NCBI GenBank assembly: GCA_977017575.1
Contig: CDRNVI010000073.1
Coordinates: 86,421 to 150,420, forward strand
Source: Paramoeba atlantica
Lineage: Eukaryota > Protista > Discosea
DNA: 64,000 bases
Reading direction: 5' to 3'
Shown here: positions 1 to 11,400 of the stretch, piece after piece
Layout of the letters: every line of letters begins with the position of its first letter
Numbering within the stretch: position 1 is the stretch's first letter
Made by a program: the position numbers and the translations under genes
Notes under the pieces: generated by a model
The model's input: only the letters and a program-made list of their open reading frames with translations
Database searches by the model: none
What the model was told of the DNA's origin: nothing

Positions 1-1
1 T

Positions 2-3000
2 GCAAAATCTGCTACCCGAACCGTCCAGGCTCTCATATCCCAAAAGAACAATGAGTCCCTTACCAGCGACACAGGAGAAGCACCCCCAGCTCCATGCAAA
101 CATCCTTGTAAGGACAAAAGCACCTGCGGACACCCCTGTTGCAAGCGGGGTGTAACGCGGCCACATATCCTGGTCACTCCTCACACAAACGAACTTCCCC
201 CTCACCCCGTCCCCCCCACCACACAACAAACGGTTCCGGAATGCAAACACCGCTGCAAGGACAAAGCTCACTGTGAACACCCGTGCTGCAAACGACACCT
301 GGTACGCGTAGCAAAACCGGATACGTACAACAATAAGAGAAGTGACGCACCGGTGGATGCAAGAGAAGACGTGAAGGTGATCACGGCTGTGAGTGTAATG
401 CCGGTACAACGTAGCACACCCTGTAAGCATGTCTGTAAAAACAAACAGACCTGCGGGCACCCATGTTGCAAACGTAATCTTACACCAACAACATACGAAC
501 TCACGAGCACTACGGCGAGCGGTCAAGAACCCGGGCCCAAAGAAGCTCCAAGTACGCGACAAAGGGACGAAACGTCACCGCCATGCACGCGTGACCGCGT
601 AACACAGGATGTGAAAGTACCGAAATCAAGCAACCTACTAGGCATGGCAGCGCGAGCTGCAACACGATATCTGTTTTCAAGCCGCACTCAACCGTACGCT
701 AACGGCACTCCCTCAACCCCGGCGGTAACCGTACGACCTCACAGCAGCACCGGACAGGAACGCTTGTCGTACACGATAGCACCCTGTCCAAAAGACGAAC
801 ACGATTTACATGTACCCCCACCCAAGGAGGTTATTCCCCATCAAAAATCACCCACTGTTACCGTCGGTCGTGCCGTCGCATCAACTGCCTGCTCGCTTGC
901 CAAATTCCTACTTTTCAACGGCGTTCCATGTCAAACTCCGGACTCCCAAAGCCTCCCCAAACCTAAATCTCCAACACAACTTCAGGTCCACGCCTTAACT
1001 AGCGTATGCAAGCATATCTGCAAGAGTAAAGATCAATGTAAGCACGTGTGCTGCAAGCAAGGCCTAGGCCCCGCCTCCGAACAAGCAGACCGTGTCGAGC
1101 CCTGTAAGCATAAATGTAAGAACAAAGCAGGGTGCGGCCATCCTTGCTGCAAACGCACTGGCACACCGTTGACTTCGCTCGACACACCGATAAACAAACT
1201 CGATGGGCAGGATACTCTACCCACCGGCCCATGTACCCTTCCCAAGAATCTCGTCACACCGTCCCTAAACGCAACCACTACGACAGCTGACCGTGCCGTT
1301 GCCAGGGAACCAACCATCCCGACTCCCAAAAACAAGGCACCGGAAAGTATCATTCTCTTGGACTCACCTTCCCCAGCACACCAACACAGTCCGCGGAATG
1401 AGAATGGCGATGACGAAGTCCCATCCTGAGTTTTCCAACAAGCGCACAGCGTAGGGCGAATACAAAGCCCGCCGCTTGAACAAGGAAGCCTCTTACCCCC
1501 ATCACAACTGGACACCCATTTACATTCGGATGAATCCGAGGGTCCCCAGATTCCCACACAAACTCCCGACAGCCCGTCACAGTATCTCCCGCCGCCCCAG
1601 GACCCCGTAACCCATAACCGACACAAGCAACGTTTCCACTTTATCCAGTCCCGGTCAAAACCTGTCAAACTCCGCCTCGTCAACGACAACACATGGAGAT
1701 ATTTCCCGGATGTGCATGCAGCATGCGTAAGCCAACTTGTGCGTAGTCGTATCCCTTCCCCCCAGGGGGCTGAAGCCGCCCTGTCCAAAGCGCTCAATGG
1801 GAAAAGTGCAGCACACGACATCGTCGTAGAAACGTGTACCGTAGACGAACTTATGGAAAAGAGAGCGTGTGACTTTTTAGAAGTTAGTAGAGTAGACTCA
1901 ACAAGTCACATTTCTTGCCACGCGAACTGGGTATCTCTTTTTCACGACAGCCGCCTGGAATTATACAACCTCTACGCATCACCTAGCTCAATGGGTAAAG
2001 CGGTAAACAAGGTACTGAACGGGAGAGCGGTCCCTGGGTTATCGGCGTTTCGGATCGTTCTGCTCCTTCGCACCGACGACAAAGAAGAAGTACAGCCATC
2101 AAAGCCCCAAACGGTCCCAACACTTCCACCATACGAGATTATTTCGCGTGACCACGCCTCCTCCTTGAAGCGGACGCACCCATGCCAACATCGATGCATA
2201 AGTAAACTCAAATGCAGCCATCCATGCTGCAAAATCTATGGACCATCCCTCGATCAGGGAATCGAAGGAGACTCTGAGGGGAGCCCCAACGCAGGACAAG
2301 AGCAAGAACACCCCGAACTTAACCCCCCCACTTCCGCTTCCTCTCCGAGACTACTCGACGAGACGGAGTACCTTTTCCGCACGGCACGATACATCCAGGG
2401 GGGCAAGTTAAACATAAACTTGGCTGACGCGCACTGGCACGAGGTGGAACGTAGGGCCCTCCACAGATGCAACACCTTGCTCACTGTCTCTGGCGACGCA
2501 CTCTCCGCCGTCCATAACGCAGAACTACTGAGTGCAATACTAGCGGTGTCGGCATATGAAGTGGCGCGAGACGTCGACTCCAGGAAGGGTTTCATTATCC
2601 GAACGGCTCGAGGACATATAAAGGGGAAAGTCCGTCCATTAGAAAGCGAAAAAGTTGCCTTTTCCTTCTCTCGACATGTAAAACAACTACAAATGAAGCT
2701 GCGATACACACACGGCAAGGCTCCCCGCATGGCGTTGAAACAAAAGATTAAGGAAACCAAAAAGGCGGAACGTATATACAGCGCAGAAGCCATGGCCCAA
2801 AAACGGGAACTGGAAAGTCGCTGGGCACTTCAACAATTCAACCGCAATCCATGGACGGCTGCGAGTCAAACCTTGGACAAAAGGACAGAAGCAGAAAGTG
2901 TACCGGCCTATCCGACTTGCAATGTACAGAAAGTGGAAAGTGTGTTCACAACATTACTTACGGACCCCACTACAGTGCATCACTTACCACCCCACGACGT

Positions 3001-5320
3001 CCTCGGAAACCGTCCTCTGGCAGAAATGACCTGGGACGAACTGGCTTCAATCGACATTTCGAACGCTCTCACATCAAAGAAAAACAGCAGTGCTCCAGGC
3101 CAGGACTCCATTACGTACCAGACTCTAAAGCGATGCCACAGCTCCCACACCCACATGGCAAACGTCTTCAACGCGCTAGTGCGCTTCAGCACATGTCCGA
3201 CGTCGTGGAAAATATCCGTCACTCGCCTCATTTACAAAAAAGGGGAGCCTGACAACCCACAAAACTGGCGTCCCATCAGCCTGACTAGCGTACTAGGGAA
3301 ACTCCTGCATTCCATCATCAGCCGGAAAATGACGAAATTCCTACTTGAAGCCTCTGTCATTGACCCCAAGATACAGAAAGGCTTTCTCCCCGCCATTAAC
3401 GGTACTCTCGAACATACGCAATCCCTCTCAGAGCTCCTACGCCACTACCGGAAGAACAAGTGGAACTACTGCATGGCCCAGCTAGACCTCAGTAACGCCT
3501 TTGGTTCAGTCCCCCGCAACATCATCTTTGAAGCACTGGAATGGGCGAGAATCTCCCCAAACATTATTAAATACGTCCAATGCTTATACACTGACGCAAG
3601 TACCCGCATTAAATGTTACGAAGGTCTGTCCAGCGCGATCCCAGCTAAACGAGGTGTCTTACAAGGTGACACTCTCTCTCCTACGCTCTTTCTGGTGATT
3701 ATGGAGCTAGCCCTACGTTACATGGCAAAATCGTTTCCCTCATTTGGGTTGAACCTCCCTGGATTTCCAAAAAGCTTCCTAAAAGCGTACGCCGACGATC
3801 TCACGGTCCTGACGAATAGTGAAAAAGAAATGCAACTGGCTGTTGAAACACTATCCACGGTACTCGGTTCGCTTGGCCTTTCCATCAACGTCAAAAAGTG
3901 CAGAGTCCAATGTATGGCGTCCAAGAAAAATGATGAACACCCCGGCTACATGACACGACGTCCTCAAATTTTCATCAAGAACGAAGCTATACCGCATATA
4001 TGCGACGAAGGAAGTACGTTTCTTGGCATGAATATTGCCCCCGGTTCCCAACAATCCCGAGCCCTTTTCACGAAAGTTAGGCCCTTATTGAAGCGATGGC
4101 TTCATAACATTGACCAGTCGGCCCACGACCTCCCATCAAAAATTTGGATATATCAACACGCAATCATCTCTCGGCTACGCTTCACCTTTACTATACACCC
4201 ATGTATCACGCTCAACTTTATTTTACGCCTTCAGAAAATGTGTACTCACTCCCTGAAACGGTGGATCAATGCGGCTAGAACTACATGCAGCGAAGCAATC
4301 TACTCTCAGCGTGGATGGAACATCTGCAGCTTGTCCAGACTCTGGGAGGACTGTACAGCTGATCTTCTCTGTCAAATGAAGCGGTCCCGAGACCCGAACG
4401 TTACCGCCGCACTGCAGGAAAGAATACGGGCTGAAGAACATAAGCGCAGGAAAGGCCAAATTCGACCAGCATGTGACATCACACACATACTGGAGGATCG
4501 CGACCTCGCAAAACGAACTCTTCTTGAGCTTAATGAGGACCGAATGATCAACGCACTACGCCGCAGGTCAACGTTCGCTATTCAGTGGTGGGATATAGCC
4601 TCCGAGGAAGAACAGGCGAAAGATTTCAGCGCCGCGATAAACGGACTACGTAGCACTTCCCTTAGCCGCTTCGCAACTTCTTTAATGGTACAAAACACTC
4701 TCCCTACTAGGACAATGCTAAGGACATGGGGAATTCACGGCACAGATACAGTACAATGCCGAATTTGTAAACAAGAACCGGAAACATTACGACACCTCTT
4801 ATCCTCGTGCAAGGTATCACTAGAACAGGGACGTTACACATATCGCCATGATTGTGTACTCTCCACCTTTGCAAACGCGATACTCTCTTCCCCCCATACC
4901 GCAGAGGCACATTTTGATCTCCCACACCTACGTCAACTACCCGCATGGTGGTCCGACCTGGAAACACAGCTTCGCCCAGATGGAATCGTCAAACTCAACG
5001 ACGGAACTGAATTTATCGTTGAGTTGACGATGCCCTGGGAGGAAAACGTACACGAAGCCCACTGCCGAAAAGTAGAAAAGTACATAAATATTCTACACCG
5101 ACGAAAAATAAGGTACTCAGACTGCCACTTAATATGCTTTGAAGTTGGAGCTAGAGGTCTCCCTTCTACGACGCTGCGTCACATCAACCGTCTCTTTTTG
5201 GGTGACAAGGCACTCTCAGATAAGTGCCGTGTCGAAGTCATCCGAACGGCGATCCGGAGCAGCTTTCAACTCTGGCTGAAAAGGGAATCCCCTTTATGGG
5301 ACAACCAAAGCTTTGGTTAG
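2..5320 (+). mobile_element. Non-LTR retrotransposon with RT and restriction-like endonuclease (RLE; HERO/NeSL-like). One reading frame is open from the window edge and interrupted only by TGA at 1427-1429
   Basis: RT motifs SAPGQDSITY, KKGEPDNPQNWRPISL, QKGF, LDLSNAFGSV, GVLQGDTLSP, YADDL, FLG. CCHC knuckle CRICKQEPETLRHLLSSC followed by GRYTYRHD. RLE RPDG...VELTMPWEEN...RKVEKY. ORF-track entries 353..1429 and 1712..5320 share a frame; I read 2-352 and 1430-1711 as open in that frame. Confidence 0.92.
95..2233 (+). repeat. Six copies of a 17-aa Cys/His motif CxHxCKxKxxCxHxCCK in the retroelement N-terminal region
   Basis: Copies at 95-145 (CKHPCKDKSTCGHPCCK), 242-292, 422-472, 1007-1057, 1103-1153 and 2183-2233 (CQHRCISKLKCSHPCCK). 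Confidence 0.9.
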
Positions 5321-5383
5321 CAAATGGTCTAGCAGGCGACGTCATATGCGTACGTCCTGTTAGACTTTATTACTCTACAGGTA

Positions 5384-5614
5384 ATGCCCTGTATAGATAT
5401 AATATTGAATAATAATTATTTTTCAGGGAACATCGATCTTAGTTCTCTGCCACCGTTGCTTTTTATTTTTCACTTGGAATGGAATCTATTCGAAGGGATC
5501 GTAGACGTCTCATCTCTTCCAAAGCGTATTTATATACTCAATCTTAGTAGAAATCCGTTGGATAAGATTATTCCAAATCCTTTACCTCCTTGTGTTGTAT
5601 TCGCCCCCTCTTAG
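5384..5614 (+). pseudogene. 3' remnant of an LRR-family gene directly after the retroelement
   Basis: ILNNNYFSGNIDLSSLP...LEWNLFEGIVDVSSLP...LNLSRNPL matches the repeats of the neighbouring LRR paralogues, but the N-terminal Trp/Cys cap is absent. Confidence 0.7.
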
Positions 5615-5772
5615 AATGTGGGTACAAAACTTTTTTTTGCACATCAAAGTTTGAAAGAGCTTCTTATAAGAATTAATGGTTCCTCTTCAATTTGCCATAC
5701 GAAAGCATAACTTATTTCAACAATTTATTTCGGCTTTATTCTCACAGTTTCTAACAAAAAACCCACTGAATT

Positions 5773-6588
5773 ATGAACAGCACACTATTACCCCGATCAA
5801 CAGGAAAAGTACGGGGCGCTTCTTTGCCCGCGATATATGATCTCATTCGCTTTTGCAAAGGCCTTGAGAATCCACATGCCAGCTGGTCGGAGTCCACTCC
5901 TGTTTGCGAGTGGGATGGAGTGCAATGTACCCCGGAGAAGGAGGTGAAAAGTATTTTTTGGTATCGTCGATCTCTTCGCGGTGCGCTACACTGGGCGTCT
6001 CTCCCAGCAAGTATCCGAGAACTGCACATGTATGGAAACTCTTTTAGAGGAACTCTTCCTTTGCAGGATATTTCTATGGGGTTAGAGATATTGGATGCTC
6101 ACGCGAATGTGTTGCAAGGTGAACTATCTCTAAGCAATCTTGTTTCGTCCTTTTTGGTGATACGTCTTTCACGAAATTCGTTTTCTTCTACAATAGATGT
6201 AACTCAGCTTCCTGATCTTCGTGTGCTGGAAGTCGCAATAAACAAACTTTACGGAACTGTTGATCTTTCTTACTTTCCACCAAGTCTATTGCAAGTTTCT
6301 TTTTCTCGCAATCAGTTTAGCGGTCCGCTAAATTTGGGCCAACTCCCAAACGGTATACGCTCTTTCGACGCTTCTCATAATTCTTTTAGTGGAGATTTAG
6401 ACTTGCGCTTCCTGCCCGCCTCTTTGGAATTCTTACGCCTTGCGAATAATGAACTAGGACCTCGTCTTCTTCAGTGGGATGAGGATCATATCCCTCCGTA
6501 TCTCCGTTGTGTTATCATCTCTGAAAATTGTTTTTGGAGAACTGAAATCAGATCATTGTCATCTATTTTCAAACTAGATGCTGCATAG
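5773..6588 (+). CDS. Leucine-rich repeat protein (LRRNT-like cap plus LxxNxFxGxxDLxxLP repeats)
   Basis: WSESTPVCEWDGVQC cap; repeated NSFRGTLPL, NSFSSTIDVTQLP, NQFSGPLNLGQLP. Confidence 0.88.
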   Translation: MNSTLLPRSTGKVRGASLPAIYDLIRFCKGLENPHASWSESTPVCEWDGVQCTPEKEVKSIFWYRRSLRGALHWASLPASIRELHMYGNSFRGTLPLQDISMGLEILDAHANVLQGELSLSNLVSSFLVIRLSRNSFSSTIDVTQLPDLRVLEVAINKLYGTVDLSYFPPSLLQVSFSRNQFSGPLNLGQLPNGIRSFDASHNSFSGDLDLRFLPASLEFLRLANNELGPRLLQWDEDHIPPYLRCVIISENCFWRTEIRSLSSIFKLDAA

Positions 6589-6742
6589 GCTCCAATTTAG
6601 AATTTAGGGCTTGCGAAACAGACATTTTTCTCTATTGAACCACTGCCCAGTTTAACGTGTCTATGACATGTTGCTCTGTCGGGAGTACACTGTAAACAGC
6701 GCGGGGGTTTAAATTTGTTATTGCCACAACCCGGGATTCGGA

Positions 6743-6824
6743 TTACCGTTTAACTTGCATATTACCGTTTAAATTGGCACGTTACCGTTTACGAATGTAA
6801 ACGGTAACCCGACAGACGGGTTAC
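6743..6824. repeat. Short direct repeats of TTACCGTTTA plus a perfect hairpin
   Basis: TTACCGTTTA at about 6743, 6762 and 6782; 12-bp stem GTTACCGTTTAC-gaat-GTAAACGGTAAC at 6781-6808. Confidence 0.6.
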
Positions 6825-7026
6825 TTGTCGTTAATAACACTTGCCGTTACATTCAATATTTCTCACAGCATACCCTCTAATGAGATGGGTTGATTACTTC
6901 ATACAATAAAACAATAGTTTCCATGTATGAAGACTTACTCCATTTATGCCACTAATATTTTGTATCATAATAAATTATTTTGTATCGGATGCACAGCCAC
7001 CAATATTTTAATTTATTCATCTTCCA

Positions 7027-8133
7027 ATGTCACCCCATTCCGTAAATATTTTACAGCGTAGATACTTTGTAGCACTAGGCTTCGTGCTCACAGTATTCTT
7101 TAGCTCTAGTATTCGAACAGCTGACGAGTTCCCCCAACCACCCCCACAAAAACGACGCAAATTTGGCAGCAAAGTGAGCTCTGTGACGCTCTCTGAGATT
7201 GACCTCATGCGTCAGTTTGTTCAACATGTGAAAAATGCTCCTCCCTCCTGGGGTAAGCGATCCTCTGTGTGTAAATGGAAAGGGATAAAATGCAACTCTG
7301 ACTCACAAGTTACACATCTCAATTGGAGTCGTAGTGATATTGGTGGGAACCTCACGTGGAGTTATTTACCTCTTCACCTTGTTGAACTTATAGCAAACCA
7401 ACCATATCGCGGAGGGTTCACAGGAACATTAGCCTCAACCGATTTAAATGCCCCACTGACAACATTTCACGTGTCGTTACATTCGCATCACGGATTTTTC
7501 GGCTTTGCCAACCTTCCCTCACAGATGATAAGTCTTGATATCGGAAGAAATCATTTGGAAGGTCCCGTTGATCTTACTCAGCTTCCTCCACTGATTGAAA
7601 ATATTGTAGCGCATGGAAATCGTTTTCAGGGCAGCATAGATCTCACCGCAATGCCCGCAACCTTACATAGGCTTCTACTACACGAAAATCAATTGAGCGG
7701 CGCACTTAATCTAACTCAGTTGCCAAAAACTCTTAAAAGGCTTAATTTATCAGTGAATCAGTTCGAAGGTCGCATTGAGCTCTCCGCGTTACCCGCAGCA
7801 TTAGATGTGCTTAATCTAAATGAGAATCGTCTAAGTGGAGCGCTTCATTTTGAAAATTTTCCTCCCTCTCTCGGGGAGATTTCATTGAACCACAATGCGT
7901 TTGAAGGGCCATTGATTGTACCGCAAGTTCCGCCCTCTATGCATTTGCTCGATGTTTCTACAAATAATATCACTGGCGTGTTTGATACAACACCTAATCG
8001 TTATCAAAAGGTGGGTTTCCGCGTGACTGACAACCATTTTGATGCGTTGATTCAGGAAAAGAAGGTTAAACACATAGTCTATATTGAGCCCGAAGTTTTA
8101 CGGTACACTGAAAAGGAATACGCCGCCCTCTAA
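7027..8133 (+). CDS. Leucine-rich repeat protein
   Basis: SWGKRSSVCKWKGIKC cap; multiple NxFxGxIDLxxLP repeats; PPPQKRRK near the N-terminus. Confidence 0.9.
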   Translation: MSPHSVNILQRRYFVALGFVLTVFFSSSIRTADEFPQPPPQKRRKFGSKVSSVTLSEIDLMRQFVQHVKNAPPSWGKRSSVCKWKGIKCNSDSQVTHLNWSRSDIGGNLTWSYLPLHLVELIANQPYRGGFTGTLASTDLNAPLTTFHVSLHSHHGFFGFANLPSQMISLDIGRNHLEGPVDLTQLPPLIENIVAHGNRFQGSIDLTAMPATLHRLLLHENQLSGALNLTQLPKTLKRLNLSVNQFEGRIELSALPAALDVLNLNENRLSGALHFENFPPSLGEISLNHNAFEGPLIVPQVPPSMHLLDVSTNNITGVFDTTPNRYQKVGFRVTDNHFDALIQEKKVKHIVYIEPEVLRYTEKEYAAL

Positions 8134-8426
8134 GAATCTAGCCATACACACGAATACCTTCACTAAATTAGCAAATTTCTGTATTTTGTGCCTTTTTGAT
8201 AAATAGATTATACATAGATTGCATCATAGATTCTTATATTGTGTTTTCTAGAATACAATTGGTTTTATTTTGCTTTTTGGGCTCTAATCTAAACGCGGAG
8301 GTAGTTTTCAACGCGAAACAATGACTGCTAACAACCTCAGAATTGCTTACCCAAAATTCATTACTCGTTAGCATCTGTATATTCCCTTTTTTACAAATTC
8401 ACAATGTTAATCGAACCTATGTCCTC

Positions 8427-11400
8427 ATGAGGAGCATCGAGCGCACTTCTTGCGCAGCAATTCCACATTTGGCGAATCACGGATCCTTCTGTAGCATTTG
8501 CTCTTCAAATTCTTCTTTCAGCGCCCTTGGTTTTCAAAGGGCGTCTCTGTCATCCGTTGCGTCGGCAACATGGCAGGAATCACTATTATTTTATCAAAAT
8601 CAACTCCAATGTCCAGTACCCCAATTTCGTACACGTGTCCATGCAGCCGACAGCACACTTCATTCTCTTCATCGGCTATCCTTAACAAATGCACATCCTA
8701 AAATTGGTTCAATGGCTTGTTTTATTCTTCGAACGTTGCATGCCCGAGCTCCTAAGCACGGCAATCGGATCCCGCAAAAAACTATTTTTGATGCTCTCCG
8801 CCTGTTAATCTCTCAAGGCGTTTGTGACCTTGATAAAGAAATATCCTGTTTCAGTGATATCAGGGAAAGTGGATTTTCCGATGCTCCCTCTAAATGGAAG
8901 CTTGCAACATTATTTCTTACTACGTATGGCTCTTCTGGCTCGCTTCTTTCAACGGTCAAGTCTTTGTACTGCTATGAACTTCAATCGTACTACTGGTTGT
9001 CACGTGTGGGCAAACTCTCCGTACAAGATGATGTGCTCCCGAGTGTTTTGGATATCCTATCAGAAGGAAACAAAATACATTATCCAACAACTTCAATGCA
9101 TGATGAATTCCTAAAGATGATGAGGATGTTTCTTGACCATGTTTCCTCCAGGAAGTCAAATTTGAATGACGTCAATGCTCTTGCTGCACCTGGAACCTCT
9201 CTCACTCTTTTATGCTTCTTCTTGCATTCAGCTTTGGCGTGTCTCTCTTTTTCAAAGCCGAGTGATTCCCAGGAGGGGTTACCTCTTTTGTCAGACACTA
9301 ATTGTTTGCGAGCTAACAAAAGCCTTGCCGATTCTCGAACAGAAGATGTCTCTGAACATATTTCAAAGAATGTGTTACAAGTGCTTCAATCTTTAAATGT
9401 TATCATTCAAACAGAATCTCCTTTGAAAGGTCAACAGAAAGCTTACGGGGCCCATTATACCGTCTTGGACAACCTTTTACAAACACCATCTCGCGATTTT
9501 ACGAAAACAAGTCTATGCGATAAGCGTGGTAAAACAATACTTTTCTTGAACGCCTTACTGCACTTTTTTCTATGCTGGGTCCCACAAAACACAGCGCTTG
9601 AAACTTTGCACACATTTTTCTTGCGTCAAGATCCACCTTCACAAACTTGCGCTTCAAGCAGTGCAGCACATGGATCACTTAAAGATCCAAACAAAGACTC
9701 CGTTGTGTTTCCTTTGTACTCAAAGTGCACATACACTTCTCAATTGTTAGAGTTCTACGCATCGCATCAAAAATTTGAGCTTCACGAACAACTAATTGCA
9801 CGAATTATTCCTTTTCCGACGCAACAAGAAATTCAAACTGTTCTTTCGAAAAATATACTTTCGATCATTTCCTCAGATGCGCATTCTCCTGCTTCTTTTC
9901 TTCCCTCCTCTGCATGGGATTTACAACAGAGAAATGGCGCACTTGACTCAAATGCTTCGGAAAGTTATCGTTCCTTTCGGTTGGCTCTTTCCAGTGCTTC
10001 TCTGTCTGAAATGACACAAAACCTTACCGTTCGGAAAGCTTCACGTCGTGAACGCTACCGGTCGCTTTGCAAAGTATACCGAAAAACCTTACGTATTGGA
10101 TCAAAAGGCAAAAAAGTGATTTCTTCCTGTTCTCCCCCTCCTGTTCTTTCTTCTGTCAAAAATCTGATCTCCCTTTTATCTCCACGAATCCCTTTTTCAT
10201 CTTTTTCCAAACACAGTGAAGCATTTTTCGCTCTGCTTCGTTTCTCCCACACCCACAAAATGTCTTCTACGCAAACAAAAACGCTTCTTCATCTTTTACG
10301 CCGGCGTCTTCCCGAGGGGACGCCTGTTTTAAAGACACTCGGAGACGCTTCGTCTGTTTTTACCCATTCATTCGTTTCTGAATCTTTTTTACCTCATTAT
10401 TCGCACCATCAAAATCAAATTCTTCTGCAAACTTTAGCCAACGAAGGAAAGTGGGATTCTCTCCTGCAGCTATGGCCGCATCTTTCCACAACCCATCCGG
10501 AAAACCGACACAAACTTTTGTACTGTTTTCGAAATGCCATCGTGTCGACCACACAAACTATAAATCGAGTAAAATTATGGCAACAAGCGCTGCAATTTGT
10601 GTCCTCTCAGGATTTTGCGGATCAAAACGTGGCGAGTGAGGTTTTGTTGTTGTTGAGTTTATCTCCCGGAAAGGCTTCGTGGTCAAATGTTCTCTATGGA
10701 TATGCGAGGGGGCAAGCAAGTGGGAAACAGACCAATACAGAGGCTACCTTGGAGTCCTCCTTAAATGCCTCACATGTACTGCACGCACTTTGTAGTGTGG
10801 TGGAAAAATACTCGTACGGAAAGGAGACAAGGGAGGGAAAGTTTTCGTCGGTGAAACAAGCACAAAAATATGACCTTCAAAAAAATACAAATGCGGATTT
10901 ATGGTCTCTCGCGTTGCAATGTTACCAGACGAGTTCTTTTCACAAATTCTTCACAGCGAATCACGTACTTCGTGTTTTGGTTCACAGCTCGCCCCGTTCT
11001 TGTTGGAAAACAGCTTTGTCTCTTTTATGCCAGGAGCCTCGAGTTTTCAGCCATCACCTTCACCGATCTTTATGGTGTCGTATTTGGGCGAGTCTTCCCT
11101 CTTCTGCATTTTTACGAAACGACAAGGCAAAAAACACAACTTCTGGAGTTGTGTGGGACATTTTGGAAAAACTTCCCTCCACCACTTTTCCGGATCTTTT
11201 TTGGTCACTTGCGCTGACTACGCTTCGTAGATGTGATCTTATGAGGTCTGAAAATACTGAATTAAAGCGTTTTGCTTCGGATTCAATCATGCAAGGTGAT
11301 GCCTTGATCAAAACAAATCCTGGTTTACAGCAAGCGTGTCTGAGTTCGACGTATTTTACGGAGATCATGGAACATCTATCTCGGCGTTCGATTTTACCGA

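Noticed and set aside
1800-2070. Ulp1-like protease domain (CHANWVSL) as in NeSL elements
   Set aside because: Only a faint His/Trp resemblance; no Asp or Gln-x5-Cys catalytic motif could be identified by eye.
1033-4967. Minus-strand ORFs over the retroelement, and similar shadows such as 27722..28192, 41171..42109 and 49607..50434
   Set aside because: Antisense shadows of well-supported + strand genes with biased composition.
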